Positions 36,710-46,977 of a DNA stretch of 64,000 nucleotides are shown piece by piece (within the stretch, counting starts at the first letter, position 1; every line of letters begins with the position of its first letter). Position numbers and translations under genes: made by a program. The notes under the pieces were generated by a model. The model searched no databases and was not told the DNA's origin. It saw only the letters and a program-made list of their open reading frames with translations. Source of the DNA: a virus (taxonomy: Duplodnaviria; Caudoviricetes); IMG/VR virus record IMGVR_UViG_2684623237_000002, positions 8,215-72,214 of that record; one strand, written 5' to 3'.

Positions 36710-37078
36710 ATGGCCTTCTACGACGAAATGGCCGTGATGGCTCTGGAGATGATCACAGAGTTCGGCCAGCCTGTGACCATCAGCAAGACGGAGCCGGGCG
36801 AGTACGACCCGGGGACGGGCGGGGAAGCGCCAGGCGACACTGTCGAGCAAATCGCCCAAGGCATCCTGCTCGACTTCACCGGCCAAGAATTCCAACACAA
36901 CAGCCTCATCAAGCAGGGCGACAAGAAGCTCAAGATCGCTGCGCAGGGCATGGCCTGGGTGCCGGGTCTGCTCGACAAAGTCGTGGCCCAGGGCCGCATC
37001 TGGTCAATCGTCCCGCCGCTGAAAGCGGTCAACCCCGCCGGCACCCCGATCCTGTATGAGCTGCAGGTGCGGTCATGA
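36710..37078 (+). CDS. Head closure protein
   Basis: Position; size. Confidence 0.7.
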   Translation: MAFYDEMAVMALEMITEFGQPVTISKTEPGEYDPGTGGEAPGDTVEQIAQGILLDFTGQEFQHNSLIKQGDKKLKIAAQGMAWVPGLLDKVVAQGRIWSIVPPLKAVNPAGTPILYELQVRS

Positions 37079-37671
37079 GCCGGGCAGGCGCCGGCCAGTC
37101 CGGTAGCTTCGCCCTGAGCCTGGCCGAGTTCGCCGCTCAGACGGGTGAAGCCATCGATGCCAGCGTGCGTGAAATCATCATCGAGGTCGGCAGTAGCCTG
37201 GTCCGGATGTCCCCCGTGGGCAACCCGGAGATCTGGGCGCAGAACGCAGTGGCCACCCAGTACAACAGGGCCGTCGACGATCACAACAGCGCGCTGCGCA
37301 GTGACCCTGCCAACCTCACGAAAGGCGGCAGGTTGAAGAAAGGCCGCAAGCTCAACGACGGCATGGACATCAAGGTGCCTGAAGGCTACGTCGGCGGTCG
37401 ATTCCGTGCGAACTGGCACATCTCGCTCGGTGTGGTCGAGAACGTCACCTTTGACGAGGTTGACCCGAGCGGCGCCGAAACCATTGCTGCGCTGGTTGCT
37501 GCGATGAGCGACTTCACCGCCGGCCAGATGGCCTACATCATCAACAATTTGCCCTATGCCATCCCGCTGGAGTTCGGCCATTCCACCCAGGCCCCCGGTG
37601 GCATGGTCCGGGTAACCGTGGCTCGCTTTCAGCAGATAGTGCTGGAGGCCATCAGGAACAACCAGGTATGA
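37075..37671 (+). CDS. HK97 gp10-like neck protein
   Basis: SPV...GRFRANW, NNLPYA..LEFGHSTQAPGGMVR. Confidence 0.8.
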   Translation: MSRAGAGQSGSFALSLAEFAAQTGEAIDASVREIIIEVGSSLVRMSPVGNPEIWAQNAVATQYNRAVDDHNSALRSDPANLTKGGRLKKGRKLNDGMDIKVPEGYVGGRFRANWHISLGVVENVTFDEVDPSGAETIAALVAAMSDFTAGQMAYIINNLPYAIPLEFGHSTQAPGGMVRVTVARFQQIVLEAIRNNQV

Positions 37672-38084
37672 GTCACGCAATTATTGCTTCGATCTACGAG
37701 GCCAAGCTCATCGCCTGGAACGCTACCAGGTCGGAGAAGCTGAAGATCGTCTTCGAGAATACGACCTATACGCCGGCGGCGGGCGAAACCTTACTGCGAG
37801 CCTTCACTATTCCGGGCGACACCGCGAGCAACACGCTCGGCGGTGATCACCGGCTGTTCACCGGCGTGTTCCAAGTCAGCGTCATCGCACCGGCAGGCAC
37901 CGGGAAGGCCAAGACGAATCCAATAGCAGCCGAACTGACCGACCTGTTCCCTCTCTACGCGCGGGACACGAAGGGCTCGGTCACCGTGGTGACCATGTCG
38001 CCAGTTGACCCAGGCCCTGGCATCACCGGCGATTCCACCTACACCGTCCCGGTCTCGTTCTTGTACCGAGCCGACACCAACTGA
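37668..38084 (+). CDS. Tail terminator protein
   Basis: Position; GVFQVSVIAPAGTG. Confidence 0.75.
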   Translation: MSHAIIASIYEAKLIAWNATRSEKLKIVFENTTYTPAAGETLLRAFTIPGDTASNTLGGDHRLFTGVFQVSVIAPAGTGKAKTNPIAAELTDLFPLYARDTKGSVTVVTMSPVDPGPGITGDSTYTVPVSFLYRADTN

Positions 38085-38156
38085 TCCCGCCCATTGGGCA
38101 AACCCACAAACCCGCCATTGAGCGGGTTTTTTCATATCTGCAAAGAGGAAATACCC

Positions 38157-38813
38157 ATGGGCTACAAACTCCCGAACGGCGGCACCTTCCAGCACGCCGC
38201 AACCTACGGCGCGGCACTGGCGTTCGCTGCCATCAGCAATGCGAGCGAGGCGGTGGCTACTGTAGTCGGCGGCACCATTGCCGCCGGCGATATCGTTCTG
38301 CTCACGTCCGGCTGGAGCAAGCTGGATAGCAAGGTTGTACGCGTGAAGGCGGCCACCGCGACGGCTATCACCCTGGAAGGTATCGACACCACCGATACTC
38401 AGGTTTTCCCGGCAGCAGGCGGTGCAGGCACTATGCGCAAGGTGCTGACCTGGGTGCAGATCCCGCAGATCTCCGACGTTGCCTTCTCCGGCGGCGAACA
38501 GAACTACCTGGATGTGGTGTTCCTCGAGGATGACCAGGGCAAACAGATCCCCACTGACAAATCGGCGGCAAGTATGGTGCTGACCATCGCTGACGACCCG
38601 GCCCAGGCATTCAACAGCGTTCTGCTGAAGGCTGACGCCGGCAAGCAGATTGAAGCGGCGCGCCTCAACCTGCCCGGCAATGACACCCTGCTGTACGGCA
38701 CCTACACGTCGTTCTCCAAGCAGCCGGCAGTCTCCCGCAACAACCTGTTGACGCGCACCGTCAACTTGGCGCTGCAGGCCGAGCCGACCCGTTACCTGAC
38801 TGCGGTGGCGTAA
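38157..38813 (+). CDS. Major tail tube protein
   Basis: KLPNG, SGWSKL, SGGEQ motifs; position. Confidence 0.85.
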   Translation: MGYKLPNGGTFQHAATYGAALAFAAISNASEAVATVVGGTIAAGDIVLLTSGWSKLDSKVVRVKAATATAITLEGIDTTDTQVFPAAGGAGTMRKVLTWVQIPQISDVAFSGGEQNYLDVVFLEDDQGKQIPTDKSAASMVLTIADDPAQAFNSVLLKADAGKQIEAARLNLPGNDTLLYGTYTSFSKQPAVSRNNLLTRTVNLALQAEPTRYLTAVA

Positions 38814-38816
38814 CCC

Positions 38817-39197
38817 ATGGCAAAGATCAGAATCGCCCAAAACCCGACGTTCAAGGCCTTCGTGTCTATCCCGATCGTTGGGGGTGAGCCCGAGAAAATC
38901 GAGTTCACCTTTAAGTATCGGGATCGCCTGGGGCTTGCCGCTCTGTTTGATGAGTGGAACCTGAAGCGCGATGAAGCTCGGGCCTCCCTGGGTGAAAGCC
39001 CAACGCTTTCCGAAATCGTTGCTGCTGACACTGAGCAGCAGTCGCAGCAGATCAAAGACCTGGTAGTCGGCTGGGGCTTCGACGACAAGTTCGACGACAA
39101 GAGCATTCGTGCGTTGGTGACGTCCTGTCAGGGCGCCGCTGAGGCGGTCGTGAATGCCTACCAGAGCGCATTCAATCAGGCCCGCTTGGGAAACTGA
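38817..39197 (+). CDS. Tail assembly chaperone (gpG-like)
   Basis: Between tube and TMP; ends in G GGA AAC TGA. Confidence 0.85.
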   Translation: MAKIRIAQNPTFKAFVSIPIVGGEPEKIEFTFKYRDRLGLAALFDEWNLKRDEARASLGESPTLSEIVAADTEQQSQQIKDLVVGWGFDDKFDDKSIRALVTSCQGAAEAVVNAYQSAFNQARLGN

Positions 39198-39517
39198 CGG
39201 ACGCCGCCCGCGCACTCTACGCGCCGGCGGCACCGGCTGAACTGATGGGCCTGTTCGGGCTTGCCCCGGGTGACCTTGAAGAGGTGTCCGAGGTCTGGCC
39301 CTGCAACTGGACGGCGTTCTTCCTGTTCAACAGGATGTCGACTCAGTGGAGGGCGGGCGTCGGTGGCGCGATCGGTCTCGACTACACCTGCATCCGCGAC
39401 GTGGCCGGCTTCCTCGGCATCAAGAAAAAGAAACTCGCTGAAATCTTCCCTGACCTTCAGGTGCTGGAAGGCGAAGCCCTGCGCGTTATGGCGGAGGAAA
39501 GGGAAAACAGCCCGTAA
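39188..39517 (+). CDS. Chaperone extension (gpT-like) reached by -1 frameshift
   Basis: Slippery GGGAAAC 39188-39194; -1 frame is open into the TQWR...GLDY ORF. Confidence 0.8.
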   Translation, partial: GKLTDAARALYAPAAPAELMGLFGLAPGDLEEVSEVWPCNWTAFFLFNRMSTQWRAGVGGAIGLDYTCIRDVAGFLGIKKKKLAEIFPDLQVLEGEALRVMAEERENSP

Positions 39518-39544
39518 CTACGGGCACTTATTCAAGGTGAGTCG

Positions 39545-42500
39545 ATGAACATTGCAGAACTCGGCGTCAAGATCGACTCGGCCGATGCAATCCAGGCGAA
39601 AACGAGCCTGGATGAAATGGCGAAGGCCGGCGGCCGGGCCGAGCAGTCCGCCGTTTCGCTGATGAACGAAATGCAGGCGCTGGAGAAATCGCTTTCCACC
39701 AGCGCCAAGACCACGCAGGACCTGGCAAAGCAGCGTGATGCCCTGGCGAAACTGACCAAGACCGGCGCCTATGGCGAGGCCGAGGCAGCGAAGATCTCAG
39801 CACAGCTCGACAAGCAGCAGGTGGCCTTGGCCAAGTCTGCTATGGACGAGCAGAAGGCCCTCAACAGCCTGCTGGGAGCTATTGACCCTGCCCGTGCCGC
39901 GCTGGCTAGGCTGGACACTCAGGTCGAGCAACTGGGCAAGCACTTGGACGCCGGCCGCATCAGCCAGGATCAGTACAACGCCGCCCTGAGCAAGATTGAC
40001 AAGGACTACGCCAAGCTCGAAAAGACCACCACCGGTTTCGACAAGCTGCGCCTCGGCACCCGCCAGGCGCAGGAAAACGTAGTGCAGTTGGGTAATGCTC
40101 TGTCCTCGGGTGACTGGGGTAGCGGTGTGCGTGCGGTTGCTCAACTAGGTGCCGGGGCTGGGGCAGGCGCTGCCGGGCTGCTCGCCATCCTGGGGCCGCT
40201 GGCGCTTGCAACGGCTGCTGTTGGCGGCCTCGCATACGCCTACTACAAGGGCAGTGAGGAGCAGGACAAATACAACAAGTCGCTGATCCTCACCGGAAAC
40301 TACGCGGGAGTGAGTGCTGGCCAACTGGGAGATATGGCCCGGCAGGTAAGCGCAACGGTTGGTACTACCGGGCAGGCCGCTGCTGTGCTGGCGCTGCTGG
40401 CCGACAACGGCAAGATCGCCGGGGACAGCTTCACCGGCATCACCCAGGCAGCCGTGTCGATGCAGGAAGCCACCGGTAAAGCCGTAAGCGAAACTGTCGC
40501 CGAGTTCTCCAAGCTGGCAGACGACCCGGTAAAGGCCTCCGCTGCGCTGAACGAGCAGTACCACTACCTGACGGCCTCGGTTTACTCGCAGATAGCCGCG
40601 CTGGAAGCGCAGGGCGATCATGCGGGCGCCGTGAAGCTGGCGACCGAATCTTATGCCGATGCAATCAACGAGCGCACGCCGAAGATTCTGGAGAACCTGA
40701 GCTTCTGGGAGCGAGGCTACAACGCCGTTGCGCGTGCTGCTGACAACCTCAAAAACATCGGCCGACCTGACATTGGTGCAGACATTGAGCAGGCGCGTCG
40801 CGACCTGACCGATGCGCAGAAAGGCAATATCGGCCTGTTCCAAAACCAGAAGGAAATGATCGAGTTCCGGCAGAACCGCCTGAACATGCTTGAGGACGAA
40901 AAGGCGGCCCAGGCTGATATCGCCAAGTGGGAAGGCGAGCAGGCGAAGGCGCAGGGCGATGCTGTTTCGTCGATGGCCAAGATCGATGCCTTGACCAAGT
41001 CGTCGTGGACCAACGAGCAGAAACGCGCCGAGGCCCTGAAGGATTACAAACGGCAACTCGACGATATTCGCAAGGTTGACCCGAAAGACTCGCGACTCGA
41101 TCAATCGGCAATCGACAAAAACATCTCCAACATCAACGACAAGTTCAAGGATCCGAAGGCGGCTGCGAATCAGGTCGACTTAACCGGCTTCAACAACGCC
41201 AAAAACAACCTCGCAGCCATCGTTGATGCTTACAAAAACACCCAGAAGGAACTGGATGCGGCGGAAAAGGCCGGGCTGATTTCTCAGTCCGAATACGCAC
41301 TGAAGCGTGAAGCCCTGATCGGCAATCAGCGTGATGAGGTAACCGCGGCCTATGAGGCCGAGATCGCAGCGCTGGAAGCCACCAAGGGCAAGAAGGCGAC
41401 GACGGCCGCGCAAAGCATTCAGTTGGACCAGAAGATCGCTGACGCGCGCGCAGGGATGGTCAAGGCGCAGAAGGAGGCAGACAGCCAGCTTGAGGTGTTG
41501 GCCACCAACGAAACTGGGCGCCTGGCGAAGCAGGAGCGGTCAATCACCACCTACGTGCAGGCCCTGGCTCAGCAACAGCGAGCCTTGGAGCTTGCGGGGC
41601 AGCGCGCAGTTCTCGGAGTGGGCCAGGGTGACCGCCAGAACGCACTCAACGGGGAACTGAACAGCCAGCAAGACCGGTTTGCTCAGCAAGCGCTGGAACT
41701 GGCCAACCAGAAATCCGACCCGTCGCGCAACATGTCGGAGGAAGAGTTCAAGCGAAAATCCCAGGCACTCGCAGACGCGAACAAGGCTGCCACTGACCAG
41801 ATCCGGCAGAACTACGCGGATGTGGAGGCCGCCCAGGGCGATTGGACGAAGGGCGCGACCTCGGCCTGGGCCAACTACCTGGATTCGGCGAAGAATATTG
41901 CTGGCCAGACCAAAAGCCTGTTCGGCAATACCTTCAGCAGCATGGAGGACGCGGTCGTCAACTTCGCAATGACCGGTAAGGCATCGTTCTCGGACTTCGC
42001 TAAGTCGATCCTTGCGGACATGGCGCGCATTGCTACCCGCCAGGCGAGTTCGGCATTGCTGAGCAGCTTGGTTGGCGCAACGGCCAGCTACTTCGGTGGC
42101 GGCGGTGGTTCTGGCGGTGCAAGTCAGGCCGGGTACACCGGTACCGACCTTTCAAACTTCACGCCGGGCAGCATTCAGGCCAAGGGTGGCGCTTGGTCGG
42201 GCGGTGTGCAGATGTTCGCCGACGGCGGCGCCTTCACCAACACAATCGTCAGCAAGCCCACCGCGTTCGGCATGGCCAACGGCAAAACCGGGGTCATGGG
42301 CGAGGCGGGCGACGAGGCAATCATGCCGCTAGCCCGCACAGCCAACGGCAAGCTGGGTGTTTCTGCGGTTGGAGGCGGCGGTGGCGGGGTAAACCTTAGC
42401 CTCAGCATGCCGATCATCCTGACGGAACAGGAGGCCGGCCGCCCGGACGGTGCCGAGTTCGACGCCGAACTTTTCCAGCGCAACATGGAGTTGCGCACCC

Positions 42501-42574
42501 GGCAAATCGCAACAGAAGAGATCGCCAAGTCTTGGCGCCAAGGCGGCGTGAGCAGCCGAAACGTAAAAGGATGA
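39545..42574 (+). CDS. Tape measure protein
   Basis: 1009 aa, Ala-rich helical, lambda-type C-terminus. Confidence 0.93.
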   Translation: MNIAELGVKIDSADAIQAKTSLDEMAKAGGRAEQSAVSLMNEMQALEKSLSTSAKTTQDLAKQRDALAKLTKTGAYGEAEAAKISAQLDKQQVALAKSAMDEQKALNSLLGAIDPARAALARLDTQVEQLGKHLDAGRISQDQYNAALSKIDKDYAKLEKTTTGFDKLRLGTRQAQENVVQLGNALSSGDWGSGVRAVAQLGAGAGAGAAGLLAILGPLALATAAVGGLAYAYYKGSEEQDKYNKSLILTGNYAGVSAGQLGDMARQVSATVGTTGQAAAVLALLADNGKIAGDSFTGITQAAVSMQEATGKAVSETVAEFSKLADDPVKASAALNEQYHYLTASVYSQIAALEAQGDHAGAVKLATESYADAINERTPKILENLSFWERGYNAVARAADNLKNIGRPDIGADIEQARRDLTDAQKGNIGLFQNQKEMIEFRQNRLNMLEDEKAAQADIAKWEGEQAKAQGDAVSSMAKIDALTKSSWTNEQKRAEALKDYKRQLDDIRKVDPKDSRLDQSAIDKNISNINDKFKDPKAAANQVDLTGFNNAKNNLAAIVDAYKNTQKELDAAEKAGLISQSEYALKREALIGNQRDEVTAAYEAEIAALEATKGKKATTAAQSIQLDQKIADARAGMVKAQKEADSQLEVLATNETGRLAKQERSITTYVQALAQQQRALELAGQRAVLGVGQGDRQNALNGELNSQQDRFAQQALELANQKSDPSRNMSEEEFKRKSQALADANKAATDQIRQNYADVEAAQGDWTKGATSAWANYLDSAKNIAGQTKSLFGNTFSSMEDAVVNFAMTGKASFSDFAKSILADMARIATRQASSALLSSLVGATASYFGGGGGSGGASQAGYTGTDLSNFTPGSIQAKGGAWSGGVQMFADGGAFTNTIVSKPTAFGMANGKTGVMGEAGDEAIMPLARTANGKLGVSAVGGGGGGVNLSLSMPIILTEQEAGRPDGAEFDAELFQRNMELRTRQIATEEIAKSWRQGGVSSRNVKG

Positions 42575-42577
42575 TTT

Positions 42578-42916
42578 ATGGCAATCGAGCGATTTACCTG
42601 GGCTACTGAGAAGGGCGTCGAGGGTGACATCAAGCAGCGCGTGCGCACGAAGCAGTTTGCCGATGGCTACGCGCAGTCGACCGAGGACGGGATCAACAAC
42701 AAATCCCAGTCCTGGCCGGTCACCTTCACCGGCTTGAAGGGGCGGATCAAGGACATCATGGACTTCATCGACCGGCACAAGGGCGCAAAGGGTTTCCTCT
42801 GGGAACCGCCCCTAGGCGATTTGGGCCTCTACAAGTGCAACGGCTACAAGCCAGTGCACCGCGGCGGCCAGGTCTACGCGATCACTGCGACCTTCGAACA
42901 AACCTTTTCACCCTGA
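42578..42916 (+). CDS. Minor tail protein M-like
   Basis: FADGYAQ..EDGINN, F..RHKGAKGFLWEPP. Confidence 0.88.
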   Translation: MAIERFTWATEKGVEGDIKQRVRTKQFADGYAQSTEDGINNKSQSWPVTFTGLKGRIKDIMDFIDRHKGAKGFLWEPPLGDLGLYKCNGYKPVHRGGQVYAITATFEQTFSP

Positions 42917-42927
42917 GATAACCACCC

Positions 42928-43680
42928 ATGGCACTGATCACGGACATCCAGAAACTGGAGCCCGGCGCTGAAATTCGCCTGTTTGAAATTGACGGGACCG
43001 AATACGGCGCGGATTACCTGCGCTTCCACGGTCACGCCATCCCGCACACGCCCGAGGAACTGCTGGCTTACGAGCATTCGGAGGAGGATCTGCCGGCCAA
43101 GTCGATTTGGTGGCAGGGCGCCGAGTACGCGGCCTGGCCGGTGCAGATCGAGGGTATCGCCTCTGGCAGTGACGGCACGGCCACCAGGCCGACGTTTGCC
43201 GCCGGCAACATTAATGGGCGGGTCACCGCGCTATGCCTGGCCTTTGAGGACCTGCTGAAATTCAAGCTGACAGTTCGCGAGACCCTGGCCCAGTACCTGG
43301 ACGCCGCGAACTTCCCCGAAGGTAACCCAACTGCCGATCCGACTCAGGAAGGGCTGGAGATCTGGTACATCGACCAGAAAACCAGCGAGGACGGTGAAGC
43401 GGTGGTCTGGGAGCTGTCCTCGCCGGGTGAGATCGATAACCACGGTCTGCCCGGGCGCCAGATGACGACGTTTTGCCACTGGGCGATGACCAATGGCTAC
43501 CGGGGGCCAGACTGCGGCTACACCGGTGCGGCCATGTTCGACGACGAGGACAACTCCACGGATGACCCGGCCAAGGATCAGTGCAAGGGCTGTCTGTCGT
43601 CTTGCAAATTGCGCTTCGGCGAGAACGAAGAATTGGGATTTGGGGGATTTCCAGCTGTGTCCCTCATAGCCCGGAGCTGA
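42928..43680 (+). CDS. Minor tail protein L
   Basis: C-terminal Cys cluster CHW...CGY...C..CLSSCKLRF..FGGFP. Confidence 0.92.
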   Translation: MALITDIQKLEPGAEIRLFEIDGTEYGADYLRFHGHAIPHTPEELLAYEHSEEDLPAKSIWWQGAEYAAWPVQIEGIASGSDGTATRPTFAAGNINGRVTALCLAFEDLLKFKLTVRETLAQYLDAANFPEGNPTADPTQEGLEIWYIDQKTSEDGEAVVWELSSPGEIDNHGLPGRQMTTFCHWAMTNGYRGPDCGYTGAAMFDDEDNSTDDPAKDQCKGCLSSCKLRFGENEELGFGGFPAVSLIARS

Positions 43681-43682
43681 TC

Positions 43683-44444
43683 ATGCGAAAACACATCATT
43701 GCGGCCATCCAGGCGCACGCGGCCGCGCAGTACCCGAAAGAATGCTGCGGCCTGTTGCTCGCCATTGGCAAAGCGCAGAAGTACTTCCCGTGCAGGAACG
43801 TCGCCACGGAGCCGAGCGAAGAGTTTCGGCTCGATCCCGAGGACTACGCTGCGGCGGAAGACCTGGGCGAAGTCATTGGCATTGTCCATTCGCACCCGGA
43901 CGCCACCAGCCGGCCGTCACCGCACGACCTGGCCATGTGCGAGGCCACGGCCTTGCCCTGGCACATTCTGTCGTGGCCCGAGGGAGACCTGCGCACGATC
44001 ACACCAACCGGCAGCACGTCGCTGCTCAAGCGTCCGTTCGTGCATGGAGCCTGGGACTGCTGGCAGGTCTGCGCTGACTGGTACCAGCGTGAATGGGGGC
44101 TTGAGTTCGAAGCCTTTCAGCGCGTCGATGGCTGGTGGGAGAGGGCGGAGAACGCCAGCCTGTACGAGCAGCACTACGAGGCCGCCGGCTTTGTTCGCGT
44201 CGACCGGCCGCAGCGCGGCGACCTGATCGTCATGCATGTGGGCCGGACGGTTCACCCGAACCACGCTGGGATTTACCTGGGCACTGATACTGCGCTACCC
44301 GACGAAGAGTCAGGCACTTTCGGCCCTGGGCCGTTCCTGCTGCATCACCTATACGGCAGGCCTTCCGAAATCATAGTTTTTGGCGGTCCGTGGCATGACA
44401 GAACGCGCCTGATTCTCAGGCATAAAAATGCAAAACAACCATGA
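43683..44444 (+). CDS. Tail assembly protein K (JAB + NlpC/P60)
   Basis: ECCG, HSHPD...S..D, DCW, NHAGIYLG, LHHLYG. Confidence 0.92.
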   Translation: MRKHIIAAIQAHAAAQYPKECCGLLLAIGKAQKYFPCRNVATEPSEEFRLDPEDYAAAEDLGEVIGIVHSHPDATSRPSPHDLAMCEATALPWHILSWPEGDLRTITPTGSTSLLKRPFVHGAWDCWQVCADWYQREWGLEFEAFQRVDGWWERAENASLYEQHYEAAGFVRVDRPQRGDLIVMHVGRTVHPNHAGIYLGTDTALPDEESGTFGPGPFLLHHLYGRPSEIIVFGGPWHDRTRLILRHKNAKQP

Positions 44445-44469
44445 CGCGGCCGGGCCGCTGGAGCAGGGC

Positions 44470-44724
44470 ATGCAAACCTCGCAACGCTACATGCTGACCA
44501 TTTACGACCTTTTCACCATTACCGACCCTGGTATCTGCGGCGCTGAAGCCGAAGTCGCCATTCTGGATGATGGTGTCGAGATTGATCGCATGAAATTCTC
44601 CGGAAAGTGCCAGAGCAAAGGTGGCTACAGCCGCAGCTACCAAGGCAAGCCAGGGCTCAAAGCGGCGCTTTTATCAGGGCCTGGAAGAATTGATTTTGGT
44701 TTGGCACAGGCGGTCGCTATCTAG
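44470..44724 (+). CDS. Moron hypothetical protein
   Basis: GGAG RBS; ORF between K and I. Confidence 0.55.
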   Translation: MQTSQRYMLTIYDLFTITDPGICGAEAEVAILDDGVEIDRMKFSGKCQSKGGYSRSYQGKPGLKAALLSGPGRIDFGLAQAVAI

Positions 44725-44947
44725 GCTCGTCGCCACCACCCATAAAGTCATCAGTTCCGAGCCTGTGCGACCCATATTTCACAGTGTGACCATCACCTAA
44801 GCGATCAGCCTCGATCTCTGCGACATGCTTGTCAGCGTAGATGTCAATAAAGCTCCATGGATCATTACGGCCCACTGCCCATCCCAGTACCCACCCAGGC
44901 ATGTCTGGGTCTGCAGGTAGATTCTTTGCGAGGCTTCTGATTGACAT
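44717..44947 (-). CDS. Moron hypothetical protein (76 aa)
   Basis: Antisense ORF with purine-rich RBS. Confidence 0.6.
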   Translation of the reverse strand: MSIRSLAKNLPADPDMPGWVLGWAVGRNDPWSFIDIYADKHVAEIEADRLGDGHTVKYGSHRLGTDDFMGGGDEPR

Positions 44948-45104
44948 GCCCTATCCCTGGCTGCTGTATATGAAGGCGCAAAGCTACTACGGCTGAATCC
45001 AATCCCGTTACTGGGTTTGCGTCCAGGCTGGATGGGTGGACAGGGGGCTTTCCATCGCTCTGCTGTATAGTGCTAAAGTGCCATCTTTTGCTAGGAGCAC
45101 TGAA

Positions 45105-45509
45105 ATGGTCAGCGGAACTTTGCTGCGGGTTGCCACGGAGATTGAAATTGCGAGCCTTCAAAATCTGTTAGAGCAAGACACCAACAACAGTATTCGGGCG
45201 GTGCGCAATGGATCTGAAGTTCTGGGCGAAACTGTGCTTGCGATCTTGCATGGTGGCAAATATGCCGGTTTCTGCACGTTCAGAGCTGGCGGCAATGAAA
45301 TCTTCCCACTAGTTGTCTTCGGCCCATTTCGCGGAATCGGGGTAGGCTTCTCCGCTATGCAGCAGCTGATCGGGATGTTGCGGAAGGACGGGATCCGAGA
45401 CGTGAGCATTGAGGTGCTACCAGGGGCCGAAGCTTTCTGGAAGAAGGTATTTGCCGGCTTCCCAGAGACAGCTCACTTTGGTGGAAAGAACTTTACATAC
45501 GCCATTTAA
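45105..45509 (+). CDS. GNAT-family acetyltransferase (moron)
   Basis: FRGIGVG acetyl-CoA motif A; AEAFWKK motif B; AGGAG RBS. Confidence 0.75.
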   Translation: MVSGTLLRVATEIEIASLQNLLEQDTNNSIRAVRNGSEVLGETVLAILHGGKYAGFCTFRAGGNEIFPLVVFGPFRGIGVGFSAMQQLIGMLRKDGIRDVSIEVLPGAEAFWKKVFAGFPETAHFGGKNFTYAI

Positions 45510-45522
45510 TGTTTCACTTAGG

Positions 45523-45595
45523 AAGCCCAGCCCCGCGCTGGGCTTTTTGCATCTGCTCGCCCCAGTGCTACAGTCCCGCCAAACCAACGAGGGAA
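45523..45595 (+). repeat. Terminator + extended -10 + RBS junction unit, copy 1
   Basis: Near-identical to 46489-46559. Confidence 0.85.
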
Positions 45596-45606
45596 ACAAG
45601 CGTTCA

Positions 45607-45843
45607 ATGAATCATGAACTCTGGCTTGAGCCCGACGGGTGTCAAACATTTTGTCTTGCTGGCCCTTACGGAGAAGATGCGCGCGGGCTGCTGGAACCAA
45701 TGTCAAAACTCATTTGGCAGGTCGAAGCCTCCAGTTATTTTGAAGCAATGAGCAAATACTATTCGTACATGGACTGGGGAGATTACACGACCGAATTTCC
45801 TGAGCATGACAAGACCTCATATAAGGATCTTGGCTGGGAGTGA
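45607..45843 (+). CDS. Moron hypothetical protein (78 aa, acidic/aromatic)
   Basis: Downstream of junction unit 1. Confidence 0.65.
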   Translation: MNHELWLEPDGCQTFCLAGPYGEDARGLLEPMSKLIWQVEASSYFEAMSKYYSYMDWGDYTTEFPEHDKTSYKDLGWE

Positions 45844-45976
45844 GAAAAGCTCAGTCGATCGCACTCCATCCACGCTGGATGCCTGGCCAGCCTGTTGTCT
45901 CCTGATGACGATAAGACCTGATTTGCTCCGATTAAGGTTGATGGTAGATTGCCGCCATCTACATGGAGGGTTTTGA

Positions 45977-46468
45977 GTGAAACTTAAGATAATCGCTTTG
46001 ATGATAGGGCTCGCTTTGATTTCTGGATGCGCGAATCAACAGCCCGTTCCGAGAATACCGTTCCCAAGTGCCGAGTATGAGGCACTGCCGACTACCGGCA
46101 CGGGGACGATCGAAGGGCAGGCTTTCTTGAAAACCGTCGGCGGCGATGTGAAGTACGGGGCAGGCTCAGAGGTTTATTTGGTTCCAATCACCAGCTACTC
46201 TGAGCAGTGGTACGACGTCTCCTACAGGCAGCAAAAGCCTTTTGCTGTAAGTGACCCGCGGCAGGCCAAGTTTGTTCGTATGGTTCGTGCGGACGGCAAC
46301 GGCAACTTCAAGTTTGAAGAGGTGCCACCTGGCAAGTACTTCATCCGAGCCGACGTCTTTTGGAAGGCGCCTTCTCCATACGGCGGCCTATCTCAGCAGG
46401 GTGGCTCTATGGCAAATCGCATAGAGGTATCCAACGGAAAGCTAACGCGGGTAATTATCACGCGATAG
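45977..46468 (+). CDS. Lipoprotein with carboxypeptidase-regulatory-like beta-sandwich
   Basis: Lipobox ISGC; ADGNGNFKFEEVPPGKYFI. Confidence 0.8.
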   Translation: MKLKIIALMIGLALISGCANQQPVPRIPFPSAEYEALPTTGTGTIEGQAFLKTVGGDVKYGAGSEVYLVPITSYSEQWYDVSYRQQKPFAVSDPRQAKFVRMVRADGNGNFKFEEVPPGKYFIRADVFWKAPSPYGGLSQQGGSMANRIEVSNGKLTRVIITR

Positions 46469-46488
46469 AATTTGTGGGATAAAGCTTA

Positions 46489-46559
46489 AAGCCCAGCCCG
46501 GCGCTGGGCTTTTTGCATCCTCCCCTCAGTGCTAGAGTCCCGCGAAACCAAAGAGGGAA
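46489..46559 (+). repeat. Terminator + extended -10 + RBS junction unit, copy 2
   Basis: AAGCCCAGCCC.GCGCTGGGCTTTTTGCATC...CAGTGCTA.AGTCCCGC.AAACCAA.GAGGGAA. Confidence 0.85.
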
Positions 46560-46563
46560 CGAC

Positions 46564-46914
46564 ATGCGAATTTTGATAGCGGCGGTAGCGGTGGCGATTC
46601 TGGCGGGGTGCATGGCTCCGACGATGAACGAGGCTCGCCAGGAAGGTCCTTACAAGGTGCTGACCTCGCAGAAGTCCGACGCCGCGCTGGCCAAATGCGT
46701 TCAGTACGAATGGCAGAACCAGCCAATCTTCGGCGGCGCGCCGGGGGCCACACTTCAGCCAGGGCGCGACACCGGATATACGGTGTTCACTGAGGGCTCC
46801 CAGTACTTCGTTGATATTCAGCCCAAGGGCTCGGGTTCCGAGGCGAAATACTATGTGGTGGTCGGTAACTGGATCGCCAATAAAAGGCTTACCGCGCTGC
46901 AAGGCTGTCTGTAG
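46564..46914 (+). CDS. Small lipoprotein (moron)
   Basis: Lipobox LAGC; two further Cys. Confidence 0.8.
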   Translation: MRILIAAVAVAILAGCMAPTMNEARQEGPYKVLTSQKSDAALAKCVQYEWQNQPIFGGAPGATLQPGRDTGYTVFTEGSQYFVDIQPKGSGSEAKYYVVVGNWIANKRLTALQGCL

Positions 46915-46977
46915 CGGCGCATCAAATTGTTCAAGGCTCGCTTCGGCGGGCTTTTTTATTGCCTGGAGAAAAAGCAC

